Below are positions 16,564 to 24,836 of a DNA stretch of 39,882 nucleotides, one piece after another (position 1 is the first letter of the stretch; each line of letters opens with the position of its first letter). The translations under genes were made by a program, and so were the position numbers. A model generated the notes under the pieces. It saw only the letters and a program-made list of their open reading frames with translations, did no database searches and had not been told where the DNA came from. Source of the stretch: Minisyncoccota bacterium (lineage in GTDB: Bacteria; Patescibacteriota; Minisyncoccia; Phycocordibacterales; Phycocordibacteraceae). The DNA lies in the NCBI GenBank assembly GCA_041664265.1, contig JBAYLD010000006.1:1-39882 (forward strand), in the 5' to 3' direction.

Positions 16564-17625
16564 ATGGATAAGGAATTCCGCATCTCCATCACGGCGGGTA
16601 CGGTCACTACTGCGCTCTTTGTCATCGCGGGCGCCTATGTGCTCTGGCTCCTGCGCGAGCTGGTACTCCTCGTCCTCGCCGCCATCGTTATCGCTTCTGC
16701 TATAGAACCATGGATTGCATTCTTCATCCGCCGGCGCATTCCGCGCTTCTTTTCCGCGCTTCTTGTATATTTTCTCGTATTTGGCTCGATTTTTTCCATT
16801 CTCTATTTCTTCTTCCCCCCCATTATCGCCGATGCGGCAAATTTCCTTTCCGTATTGCCGCAGTATCTTGATACCCTGCATGCCTCTGCTTCTTTCCCGG
16901 ATATCGTTGATGCAACCGCTTCGATCAGCGGACAGGCTGATCTACAATCGTTCATCCAGACGCTGCTTTCGCTTCAATCCGTCTTTTATGCGAACGCGAG
17001 CAGCATGCTCCAGCTCATTATCACCCTCTTTGATAGCGTTTTTGCGATGGTGTTGATTATCGTGCTCTCGTTCTACTTCGCGCTCCAGGATACCGGCGTT
17101 GACGACTTCCTCCGCCTCGTGATGCCGGTCGCCTATGAGGATTATTCTGTCGATCTCTGGCGGCGGGCGCAGAAGAAGATAGGGCTCTGGATGCAGGGGC
17201 AGGTGCTGCTCTCGGTTATTGTCGGGATACTGGTCTATCTCGGTCTCCTTATCATTGGTGTTCCCTATGCGCTCCTCCTTGCGGTCTTCACCGCGGTAGC
17301 AGAAATTATTCCCATCTTCGGTTCTCTGATCGCGGGCGCGCTCGCGGTCGCTGTCGGCTACTCTGAGGGGGGTGTCGCACTCGCGGCCATCGTGCTCGGC
17401 CTGTACGTGGTCGTCAACCAATTCGAGGCGAATCTCATCTATCCGCTCATTGTAAAAAAAGTCATCGGCGTCCCGCCGCTCCTGGTCATCGTAGCCCTGA
17501 TCGCGGGCTACACGCTCGCGGGATTCTTGGGGGCGCTGCTCTCGGTGCCGATTGCGGCAGTCGTGCTTGAATTTATCGGGGACTTCGACAAGCGCAAGCG
17601 CCGCCTCGCGCACCACGCACAGTGA
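16564..17625 (+). CDS. AI-2E family transporter (PerM/UPF0118)
   Basis: Multi-TM protein with AVFTAVAEIIPIFGSLIAG, characteristic of this family. Confidence 0.75.
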   Translation: MDKEFRISITAGTVTTALFVIAGAYVLWLLRELVLLVLAAIVIASAIEPWIAFFIRRRIPRFFSALLVYFLVFGSIFSILYFFFPPIIADAANFLSVLPQYLDTLHASASFPDIVDATASISGQADLQSFIQTLLSLQSVFYANASSMLQLIITLFDSVFAMVLIIVLSFYFALQDTGVDDFLRLVMPVAYEDYSVDLWRRAQKKIGLWMQGQVLLSVIVGILVYLGLLIIGVPYALLLAVFTAVAEIIPIFGSLIAGALAVAVGYSEGGVALAAIVLGLYVVVNQFEANLIYPLIVKKVIGVPPLLVIVALIAGYTLAGFLGALLSVPIAAVVLEFIGDFDKRKRRLAHHAQ

Positions 17626-19040
17626 AAAACTTTTACCTCACCACCACTCTGCCCTATGTGAACGCAGCACCGCACCTCGGGCACGCGCTAGAGTTCGTCC
17701 AGGCCGACGCGCTTGCTCGCGCGGCACGCCTCGCTGGCGATGAGGTGTTTCTTAATGTCGGCACTGATGAACATGGTGCGAAAATCGCACAGAAGGCAGA
17801 GGAAGAAGGGAAGAATCCTCAAGAATACGCTGATGAATACGCTGTGCGCTTCAAGGAATTCGCCGATCGGCTCGCCATCTCATATGATTCATTTATTCGT
17901 ACCTCTGACGACGGACACGTCAGTGCTGCACAAGAATTTTGGAGGCGATGCGAAGCCGCTGGCGATATCTATAAAGCCGAGTACGAAATAAAATATTGTG
18001 TCGGTTGCGAACTTGAAAAAACAGATTCAGAATTGGCGAACGGCCGCTGTCCGCTCCATCCGAGTCTGGAAATAGAAATACGCAAAGAAGAAAATTATTA
18101 TTTCAGGTTTTCAAAATACCAGGAGGCGCTCTTGACGTTGTACGAAAATCAAAAAAACTTTGTCGTACCCGAAGAACGCATGCGAGAAATTAAGTCATTC
18201 GTTTCCGCCGGACTGAAGGACTTCAGTATTTCGCGCCGCCGCGAGAAGCTCTCATGGGGTATCCCGGTGCCAGATGATCCGGATCATGTCATGTATGTCT
18301 GGTTTGATGCGTTAGTAAACTATGTTTCCGCAATCGGCTGGCCGACCGATCAACAGCGATTTACAAAATGGTGGCCGGTGACCCAGCTCGCAGGGAAGGA
18401 CAACCTCCGCCAGCAGGCAGCGATGTGGCAGGCGATGCTTCTCTCAGCAAACCTTACATTCTCACGGCAAGTTTTTATCCACGGGTTCATCACGAGCGGG
18501 GGACAGAAAATGAGCAAGTCACTCGGGAACGTGATCGACCCTCTCGATCTTGTTGAAAGATATGGCACAGACGCTGTTCGCTATGTTCTCTTGCGGCATG
18601 TGAGCTCGACCGAAGATTCAGATCTTACGCCAGACACCTTTCACGATCACTATACGGCGCACCTCACCAATGGCCTCGGCAACCTGGTCGCGCGGGTGAT
18701 GAAGCTCGCCGAGACGCATCTTGAAGAGCCGATCGCTCGGCCGGAGATGTCGCCATTCTCGCAAGAATATTGGGATGCGCTCAACGCGTTTGAATTCAAT
18801 CGCGTGATGGATCTAGTGTGGCAGCGTATCCAAGCACTTGATGAGCGCATCACGCATGAAGAGCCGTTTAAGCTCGTGAAAGAAGACGCAGAAAAAGGTC
18901 GCACGCTCATCGCAGAACTTGCCACCGAGCTCTATCAAATCGGCCGGCTTTTGAATCCCTTTATGCCCGCAACAAATGAGATCATAAAGAAGACCATTCT
19001 TGAAAACAAAAAACCCGAGAACTTGTTCCCGCGTTTATGA
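17622..19040 (+). CDS. metG: Methionine--tRNA ligase
   Basis: TTLPYVNAAPHLGHALE (HIGH motif), a CVGC...RCPLH knuckle and KMSKSLGN. The GTG start overlaps the upstream TGA. Confidence 0.92.
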   Translation: MKNFYLTTTLPYVNAAPHLGHALEFVQADALARAARLAGDEVFLNVGTDEHGAKIAQKAEEEGKNPQEYADEYAVRFKEFADRLAISYDSFIRTSDDGHVSAAQEFWRRCEAAGDIYKAEYEIKYCVGCELEKTDSELANGRCPLHPSLEIEIRKEENYYFRFSKYQEALLTLYENQKNFVVPEERMREIKSFVSAGLKDFSISRRREKLSWGIPVPDDPDHVMYVWFDALVNYVSAIGWPTDQQRFTKWWPVTQLAGKDNLRQQAAMWQAMLLSANLTFSRQVFIHGFITSGGQKMSKSLGNVIDPLDLVERYGTDAVRYVLLRHVSSTEDSDLTPDTFHDHYTAHLTNGLGNLVARVMKLAETHLEEPIARPEMSPFSQEYWDALNAFEFNRVMDLVWQRIQALDERITHEEPFKLVKEDAEKGRTLIAELATELYQIGRLLNPFMPATNEIIKKTILENKKPENLFPRL

Positions 19041-19867
19041 CTATCAAATATATAGACGCGCACTGCCACCTGCAGTTTGAGCAGTATGAGCACGATAAGG
19101 ACGAGATCGTCGCGCGTATGCGCGAGGAGGGGATTGTGGGGATTGTCGTCGGTACGGATGAAGAATCATCAAAACAGGCGACTGCACTTGCAGAAAAATA
19201 TGAACACCTGTACGCCGCTGTGGGTATCCACCCGGCCCATGTGTGGGACATCGGATGTCCCACATCAGATGTTGGACATCCGATGTCCAAGTTTCGAGAG
19301 CTTGCGCACAATCCGAAAGTCGTGGCGATAGGGGAGTGCGGGCTGGACTTTTTTAGGGGGGCGGATGACGGGGCGAAGCGCACACAAAAAGAAGTTTTTA
19401 AAAAGCACATCATCCTTGCCGCTAAGCTTGATAAACCGCTCATGATTCATGTGCGGGCGAGCAAAGGAACCCTGGATGCATACTATGACCTTATCGCACT
19501 ACTGAAAGAGGCCAAGGCAGTCTATCCGAACCTGCGCGGCAACATACACTTCTTCGCCGCCGGCCTTCCTGAAGCCGAAGCGCTCATTGCGCTCGGCTTC
19601 TCTATTTCATTCACGGCAGTCATCACCTTTGCGCGCGACTATGATGAGGTTATTCGCGGCGTGCCGCTCGCGAGCATCCTCTCAGAGACTGACGCACCCT
19701 ATGTTGCACCCGCATCTCGCCGCGGTGAGCGCAACGACCCGCTCGCTGTGGCGGATGTCGTCCGTCAAATCGCGGAAATTCGCGGCGAAGATCCGGAGAT
19801 TGTTCGCCAAACCCTTCTCGGTAATGCGAGGGGCCTGTTTCTTGCGGGCAACGTAATCTCGTGCTAG
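19037..19867 (+). CDS. tatD: TatD-family metal-dependent DNase/hydrolase
   Basis: IDAHCHL, AVGIHP, IGECGLDFF and ETDAPY are the motifs of the TatD/YcfH family. ATGA overlap with metG. Confidence 0.88.
   Translation: MTIKYIDAHCHLQFEQYEHDKDEIVARMREEGIVGIVVGTDEESSKQATALAEKYEHLYAAVGIHPAHVWDIGCPTSDVGHPMSKFRELAHNPKVVAIGECGLDFFRGADDGAKRTQKEVFKKHIILAAKLDKPLMIHVRASKGTLDAYYDLIALLKEAKAVYPNLRGNIHFFAAGLPEAEALIALGFSISFTAVITFARDYDEVIRGVPLASILSETDAPYVAPASRRGERNDPLAVADVVRQIAEIRGEDPEIVRQTLLGNARGLFLAGNVISC
19245..19289 (+). repeat. 45-nt near-perfect palindrome, in frame within tatD
   Basis: GGGACAT-cgg-ATGTCCC, then ACATC-a-GATGT, then TGGACAT-ccg-ATGTCCA. Translated as DIGCPTSDVGHPMS. Confidence 0.85.
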
Positions 19868-19879
19868 GATGCTGCCATT

Positions 19880-20362
19880 ATGGCGAAACAGGATACAGAG
19901 GTGCAGGAGGACGAATTTGAGGATAGCGCAGAATCGCGCGTCTACGAGCTCGGCTTCCATCTTGACCCCGAGCTCCCTTCGGAGGAGGTAAAAAAGGCGT
20001 ATCGGGCGATACGCGAACTCGTTGCAAATAAAGGGACAATCGTCGCCGAGGGTGAGCCGCAGGCCGTGTCGCTTGCCTACACCATCTCTCGCCAAGAGAC
20101 GACCGGTCGCCGTGACTTTGACTCTGCCTACTTCTGCTGGATTGTGTATGAGACTTCTGCACCTTCGCACGCAGAGGTGTTGAGCGCAGCGAATGCTGAC
20201 AAGCGCATCATTCGATTCATCGATGTTCTCACTACCAAGGATGCCGCTCGTCATGCCGTCGAGATCCGCGAATTTGCTTTGAAGATGCCAGAACGTGCGA
20301 AGGAGCCTGAAGAAAGCATCGCGGCGGAACTTGACGTTGCACTTGAGAACACTGCGGTATAA
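19880..20362 (+). CDS. rpsF: 30S ribosomal protein S6 (divergent, acidic extensions)
   Basis: YELGFHLDP...SLAYTI...IIRFIDVLT follows the S6 pattern. Conserved rpsF-ssb-rpsR synteny. Confidence 0.7.
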   Translation: MAKQDTEVQEDEFEDSAESRVYELGFHLDPELPSEEVKKAYRAIRELVANKGTIVAEGEPQAVSLAYTISRQETTGRRDFDSAYFCWIVYETSAPSHAEVLSAANADKRIIRFIDVLTTKDAARHAVEIREFALKMPERAKEPEESIAAELDVALENTAV

Positions 20363-20370
20363 TACACACT

Positions 20371-20829
20371 ATGTACCTCAACAAAGTATTTCTCTATGGT
20401 AATCTTACCCGCGACCCGGAGCTGAAAGCACTACCCTCGGGGCAACAACTTGCTTCTTTTAGTCTTGCGACCAATCGCACCTACAAGGATAAAAGTGGCC
20501 AAAAGCAGGAGACGACAGAATTCCACAATCTCGTTGCGTTCGGGCGTACGGCAGAGGTCATCGCGCAATATGTAAAAAAGGGCCGGCCGATCTTCGTCGA
20601 GGGGCGCCTCCAGACGCGGTCGTGGGACGACAAGGAGGGGGGTAAGAAGAATTACCGTACGGAAATCATCGTAGAGAACTTCCAGTTCGGCGCTGATGCG
20701 AAGGGTGGTGGAACCTCGGCTCCTTCTGGACAGGCGGCCATGGGCGAAGAGTCACAGGCGATGCCAAAGGATGCAGGTGAAATCCAGTATCCGGACGAAG
20801 AGATTAATCCTGAGGACATCCCGTTCTAA
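20371..20829 (+). CDS. ssb: Single-stranded DNA-binding protein
   Basis: MYLNKVFLYGNLTRDPEL...TEFHNLVAFGRTAE...GRLQTRSWDD, with the acidic C-terminal tip DIPF. Confidence 0.93.
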   Translation: MYLNKVFLYGNLTRDPELKALPSGQQLASFSLATNRTYKDKSGQKQETTEFHNLVAFGRTAEVIAQYVKKGRPIFVEGRLQTRSWDDKEGGKKNYRTEIIVENFQFGADAKGGGTSAPSGQAAMGEESQAMPKDAGEIQYPDEEINPEDIPF

Positions 20830-20857
20830 TTTAAACAGTTACATATTTCACTATGGC
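20821..20857 (+). repeat. Duplicated gene-junction element, ssb/rpsR copy
   Basis: CCGTTCTAA-TTTAAACAGTTACATATTTCACTATGGC. A 28-nt block (20830-20857) is identical to the reverse complement of 24462-24489 upstream of recA. Confidence 0.85.
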
Positions 20858-21059
20858 GTACCAGGCAGAACGAGAAGAAATAGAGCTTAAGAAGTTTACC
20901 GACTATAAGGATGTCGCGTACTTGAAGCAATTCACCAATCCGCACGCGAAGATGCTCGCGAAGAAGCGCACCGGCATCCCGGCAGGGAAGCAACGCGACA
21001 TCGCCCAAGCGATCAAGCGCGCCCGCTTCATGGCGCTCATGCCGTACGTCCAGGCATAA
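20853..21059 (+). CDS. rpsR: 30S ribosomal protein S18
   Basis: FTDYKDVAYLKQFTNPHAKMLAKKRTGIPAGKQRDIAQAIKRARFMALMPY. Confidence 0.9.
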   Translation: MAYQAEREEIELKKFTDYKDVAYLKQFTNPHAKMLAKKRTGIPAGKQRDIAQAIKRARFMALMPYVQA

Positions 21060-21090
21060 AAATATTTAAATATTTAAACATTTAAATATT

Positions 21091-21116
21091 AAAAAACCCG
21101 CGTGAGCGGGTTTTTT
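21091..21116. terminator. Bidirectional terminator between rpsR and efp
   Basis: AAAAAACCCGC-gtga-GCGGGTTTTTT, preceded by an AT-rich TTTAAA-repeat tract (21061-21090). Confidence 0.85.
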
Positions 21117-21119
21117 GTT

Positions 21120-21695
21120 TCAGGCTTTTTCGACGCGTTCGGTATATTCGCCGGTATCAGTGTTGATGCGGACGATATCGCCCGCGTTGATGAAGAGCGG
21201 CACATCCACCTTTGCGCCAGTGACGAGGGTCACGAGCTTGTTGCCGCCGGTCGCGGTATTCCCCTTTATCGTCGGAGGGGCTTCTTTTACCTCAAGCTCG
21301 ACCTTCACCGGTATTTTGATCGTCATTGGCTTCTCTTCATAGGTCATCACCTCGACGACGCTGTTTGGCGCGAGCCACTGCACCTTGTCATGCACCACCT
21401 CCTCAGAGAAGGAGAAGCGGTTTTTTGCATTGCCTTCTTCAGCGAACCAGCTCTCGCCGCGATTGGTATACAGATACTGCGCTTGCATCTTCCCGATGTC
21501 GGCTTCAGTCATGGACTCATTTTGATGAAAAGATATTTCGGTGACTTTGCCGGAGATAAGGTGCCGCAACTTGGTCTGGTTGACGGGCTTCCTCTGCTGC
21601 ATGCGGAAGACGTGCGAGGAGAGCACCTCATAGGGCTCGTTGTTGTAGTTGATGATTTTTTTGGAAACGATTTCGTTGTAGCTGAGTACGGCCAT
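21120..21695 (-). CDS. efp: Elongation factor P
   Basis: 191 aa. The pattern YEVLSSHVFRMQQRKPVNQTKLRHLISGKV...PPTIKGNTATGGNKLVTLVTGAKVDVPLFIN matches EF-P. Confidence 0.9.
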   Translation of the reverse strand: MAVLSYNEIVSKKIINYNNEPYEVLSSHVFRMQQRKPVNQTKLRHLISGKVTEISFHQNESMTEADIGKMQAQYLYTNRGESWFAEEGNAKNRFSFSEEVVHDKVQWLAPNSVVEVMTYEEKPMTIKIPVKVELEVKEAPPTIKGNTATGGNKLVTLVTGAKVDVPLFINAGDIVRINTDTGEYTERVEKA

Positions 21696-21758
21696 AGAGC
21701 TGAAACTAAGGATGGATAACGCGCGTTATAAAAAGTGCCCAAAGAGGGCGATTCGTGT

Positions 21759-22355
21759 ATGCTAGCAGACATCATGAGTTTTTCAACTGCTGGAGATCCG
21801 AGCGCGCTCCCTGACACCGAGATCCTCGCTCGTTCTAAACGGGAACCGGAGCTTTTTGCGGTGCTTGTCCGCCGCTATGAAGCTCCTTTTTTACGTCGTG
21901 CGCGTCGCATCGTCTCGTCTCCCGAAGACGCAGAAGAGATCGTGCAGGACGCCTTTACCAAGATATATCTCTATGCGGATCGTTATCATGACCAGGAGGG
22001 TGCCAGCTTCTCTTCGTGGGCGTACACGATCCTCAACCGCGTTGCGTATACGAAGTATCGGATAAAGGCGCTTGAGCGAGGGAGATTTGCAGAACTCGAG
22101 CCAGAGCACTACGAATCACTCCCTGACGCCAAGGCGGAGTTCCTCGAAGACCTCTCGATACGCAATGAGGTTATCGCCGCGCTTGCGCGGCTGCCTGAAA
22201 CTGCGGCGAAGATCCTCCGGTTACAATTCGTTGAGGGCAAGAGTCAAGAAGAGATTGCCGCGGCAGAGAAGCTCTCGATCCCTGCGGTGAAGACGCGCGT
22301 GCACCGCGCAAAAAAACTTTTCAAACAAGTGTATGATCAACAACACCATGACTAA
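21759..22355 (+). CDS. ECF-type RNA polymerase sigma-70 family factor
   Basis: Region 2 (PEDAEEIVQDAFTKIYLYADRY...FSSWAYTILNRVAY) and region 4 (LRLQFVEGKSQEEIAAAEKLSIPAVKTRVHRAKK). The start codon is uncertain (21735, 21759 or 21774). Confidence 0.8.
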   Translation: MLADIMSFSTAGDPSALPDTEILARSKREPELFAVLVRRYEAPFLRRARRIVSSPEDAEEIVQDAFTKIYLYADRYHDQEGASFSSWAYTILNRVAYTKYRIKALERGRFAELEPEHYESLPDAKAEFLEDLSIRNEVIAALARLPETAAKILRLQFVEGKSQEEIAAAEKLSIPAVKTRVHRAKKLFKQVYDQQHHD

Positions 22356-22692
22356 TACTGAACCTGTCGAGAGTATGACTGATATAGAAAAAAACGTGAT
22401 GCGCCGGGTTCGTCTCATGCGCATCCTGGGGCTCGTCATCTCGACTGCTGTCCTTGCTGTCATTACATTTGTGCTCGCGCTCTGGGGGATAGGGAAGGAG
22501 GTGTGGGTTGCGCGCGTGTTCGAGAATGCGCCGGTCAGCCTCAACAACATGTTTACGTTCTACTTTTCGGCATTCATGCACACCCGTCTCATCGTCCAAG
22601 CGCTCGCTATCCTCACCTTTGTTTCATTCCTCTACCTTCTCCGTGCCACTGCTCGCGCGATCTTCTCTTTCTTCGCCACCACGAATTCATAG
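22348..22692 (+). CDS. Putative membrane anti-sigma factor
   Basis: Small protein with 2-3 TM helices directly downstream of the ECF sigma gene, overlapping its stop. Confidence 0.5.
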   Translation: MTNTEPVESMTDIEKNVMRRVRLMRILGLVISTAVLAVITFVLALWGIGKEVWVARVFENAPVSLNNMFTFYFSAFMHTRLIVQALAILTFVSFLYLLRATARAIFSFFATTNS

Positions 22693-22872
22693 AATGGGTC
22701 GGTACTCTCAATCCTTCGTTCATATCTAAAAATATCCACAAAACGAATGTACCTTAATTTACGCTATAGCGTGATACATGGTGCATTTCTATTTGCGTTT
22801 TATCAAGTTGTCCTATAGAGTCAGAGCGGATCAGTTGTAATAAATCATAGTAGAGAAAGGGAGGAGAGAAAG

Positions 22873-23352
22873 ATGCGTCTAACAAAAAATTTCGTTAAGG
22901 TCTCGGGGGATGTGCTTAGAAATCTGGCGTTCCACGCGTGGGTTGTGGAGTTGTACAAAAAACCTAATACCATTACCTTCTGTGTTGGCGGCGGCACAGA
23001 TATTAACAAAGAATTTCTCCGTCGAGGATTCAATGTTAAGAAAAAAGGGCCGCTTGGTCGTGAGACCGAGACACTGTTACAGCTTGAAATCGCTCGATCT
23101 GTTCTGGAAAAAAACGCATACGAGCTAAAAGATTCTTTGGCTCAGAAAGGTATCCATCGTGTTCGTTTTGTCACCCCGTTTCTTGAAATTGGAGGAGAAA
23201 TTTGCCCGCTTGATGGCGATGAGATGGTGCGCGTTGCGTATATCGGATACGACAAACTGTTCGTTGTCACAACTCCGGAACGTAAAGCGGACAAAGAACG
23301 GGAGTTCAAAACTCTAAAGAGAAAGGTGCAAGTTCTTGCTTTTGACGAGTAA
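22873..23352 (+). CDS. Hypothetical protein (weak resemblance to amino-acid-kinase-fold N-terminus)
   Basis: Strong SD (AAAGGGAGGAGAGAAAG-ATG). The gene and its upstream region look AT-richer than the surroundings. VKVSGDVL and FCVGGGTDIN loosely resemble AAK-family motifs, but 159 aa is too short for a full kinase. Confidence 0.55.
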   Translation: MRLTKNFVKVSGDVLRNLAFHAWVVELYKKPNTITFCVGGGTDINKEFLRRGFNVKKKGPLGRETETLLQLEIARSVLEKNAYELKDSLAQKGIHRVRFVTPFLEIGGEICPLDGDEMVRVAYIGYDKLFVVTTPERKADKEREFKTLKRKVQVLAFDE

Positions 23353-23361
23353 TTCATCAAG

Positions 23362-23406
23362 CCGCCCGAACACAGAGCCACTTGGCTCATCGAGTCGGGC
23401 GGTTTT
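23362..23406. terminator. Bidirectional terminator between the 22873 gene and recA
   Basis: CCGCCCGA...TCGGGCGG outer stem with inner GAGCC-actt-GGCTC, followed by TTTTCTGTTTTC. Confidence 0.7.
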
Positions 23407-23416
23407 CTGTTTTCTA

Positions 23417-24466
23417 TTACGCTTCGGCGAGTTTTGCTTTGATCTGCTTCAAGAGGTCGTTTGCGATTGGTTTGTTCTCGCTCAAGAACTTGCGTGAGGC
23501 ATCGTAGCCGACGCCGAGCTTTTGGTCGCCCATTTTGTAGGTAGCGCCGGATTTGGCGACGAGCCCGTACTTCTCGCCGAGCGCGAGGAGCTCGCCCTCG
23601 CGGCTGATACCCTCATTGTAGAGCAGGTCGAATTCGGTCGTCTTGAAGGGTGCGGCGACTTTATTCTTCACCACCTTCACGCGCACTCTCCCCCCGACAA
23701 CCTCCTCGCCTTTTTTAATAGAAGCAATGCGGCGGATATCGAGGCGCACGGAGGTGTAGAACTTGAGGGCTTTGCCACCTGGCGTGGTCTCTGGGTTGCC
23801 GAACATGACGCCGATCTGCATGCGGATCTGGTTGATGAAGATGACGATCGTCTTGCTACGGGCGACGATGGCGGTGAGCTTGCGTAGAGCCTGGCTCATG
23901 AGTCGCGCCTGCTTACCCACGTGTTGTTGGCCCATCTCGCCCTCGATCTCGTCCTTTGGTGTGAGCGCGGCGACCGAGTCGATAACGATAATGTCCACAT
24001 TGCCGCTGCGCACCAAACTCTCGACAATATCAAGCGCCTGCTCGCCGGTATCCGGCTGTGAGATAAGGAGCTCGGCAAGCTTCACCCCGATGCGGCGTGC
24101 GTATTCAGGATCAAGCGCGTGCTCGGCGTCGACGAAGGCGGCGATGCCGCCGGCCTTCTGCGCTTCGGCAATCACGTGGAGGGAGAGGGTTGTTTTCCCG
24201 GACGATTCTGGCCCGAATATTTCGATAATGCGACCGCGTGGCAGCCCGCCCACGCCAAGCGCCGCATCCAGCCCGATAGAGCCCGTTGAGACCGCGGGGA
24301 TCTTTTGTGGAGCGCCCGCGCCGAAGACGCTGATCGCTTCATCGCCGAACTTGGTGCGGATCTCCTTAAGTGCCTGTTCGATAGATTTCTGCTTTTCGCT
24401 CTTGTCTGCGCTCGCCGCGGTTACGGTTTTAAGCACTTTTTCTTTTTTGGGTTTTCCGAAGGCCAT
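23417..24466 (-). CDS. recA: Recombinase RecA
   Basis: [17 protein letters not shown] (Walker A), [17 protein letters not shown] and [23 protein letters not shown]. Confidence 0.97.
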   Translation of the reverse strand: MAFGKPKKEKVLKTVTAASADKSEKQKSIEQALKEIRTKFGDEAISVFGAGAPQKIPAVSTGSIGLDAALGVGGLPRGRIIEIFGPESSGKTTLSLHVIAEAQKAGGIAAFVDAEHALDPEYARRIGVKLAELLISQPDTGEQALDIVESLVRSGNVDIIVIDSVAALTPKDEIEGEMGQQHVGKQARLMSQALRKLTAIVARSKTIVIFINQIRMQIGVMFGNPETTPGGKALKFYTSVRLDIRRIASIKKGEEVVGGRVRVKVVKNKVAAPFKTTEFDLLYNEGISREGELLALGEKYGLVAKSGATYKMGDQKLGVGYDASRKFLSENKPIANDLLKQIKAKLAEA

Positions 24467-24507
24467 AGTGAAATATGTAACTGTTTAAAAATTTAAATTT
24501 AGAACGG
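24462..24507 (-). repeat. Duplicated gene-junction element, recA copy
   Basis: The reverse complement reads CCGTTCTAA-ATTTAAATT-TTTAAACAGTTACATATTTCACTATGGC, the same stop-to-start junction as 20821-20857 with a ~9-nt AT insertion. Confidence 0.85.
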
Positions 24508-24825
24508 AACAAAGACCGAACGAATCGCCGTCACCCGTTTACCGAAGCGGTCGTCTGCTACGAAGGTAAGTATAGACCCTCCGCGCGGGAGGGTAAGGGT
24601 TGACGAGAAGTTCCCATTTTCTTCACGGAGCATGACCCTGCCATTAAGAGTGAGGAGTGCGGTACGCTCGGCCTTCCCAGAAACAGTGACCATACCGTTG
24701 GGGAATGGCGTGTTGTTTGCAGGAGACTCGATAAAGAGCTTCGGGCCGGCTATAAGCGGCCGCGCCTTGACGAGGCCGTACCCCGCGAAGAGGCACAGAA
24801 TGGCGAAGATAAAATAACGAGTCAT
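24499..24825 (-). CDS. Small membrane-anchored Ig-like protein
   Basis: N-terminal TM (YFIFAILCLFAGYGLV) followed by a ~80-aa beta-rich domain. Lies between ftsK and recA on the same strand. Confidence 0.6.
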   Translation of the reverse strand: MTRYFIFAILCLFAGYGLVKARPLIAGPKLFIESPANNTPFPNGMVTVSGKAERTALLTLNGRVMLREENGNFSSTLTLPRGGSILTFVADDRFGKRVTAIRSVFVPF

Positions 24826-24836
24826 GTTTTTTGACT

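Noticed and set aside
21061-21090. AT-rich TTTAAA-containing repeats (ATATTTAAATATTTAAACATTTAAATATT), considered as a possible CRISPR array, origin or binding array
   Set aside because: The tract is only ~30 nt with no spacer/repeat architecture and no DnaA-box-like motifs. It is most simply an AT-rich tract flanking the bidirectional terminator.
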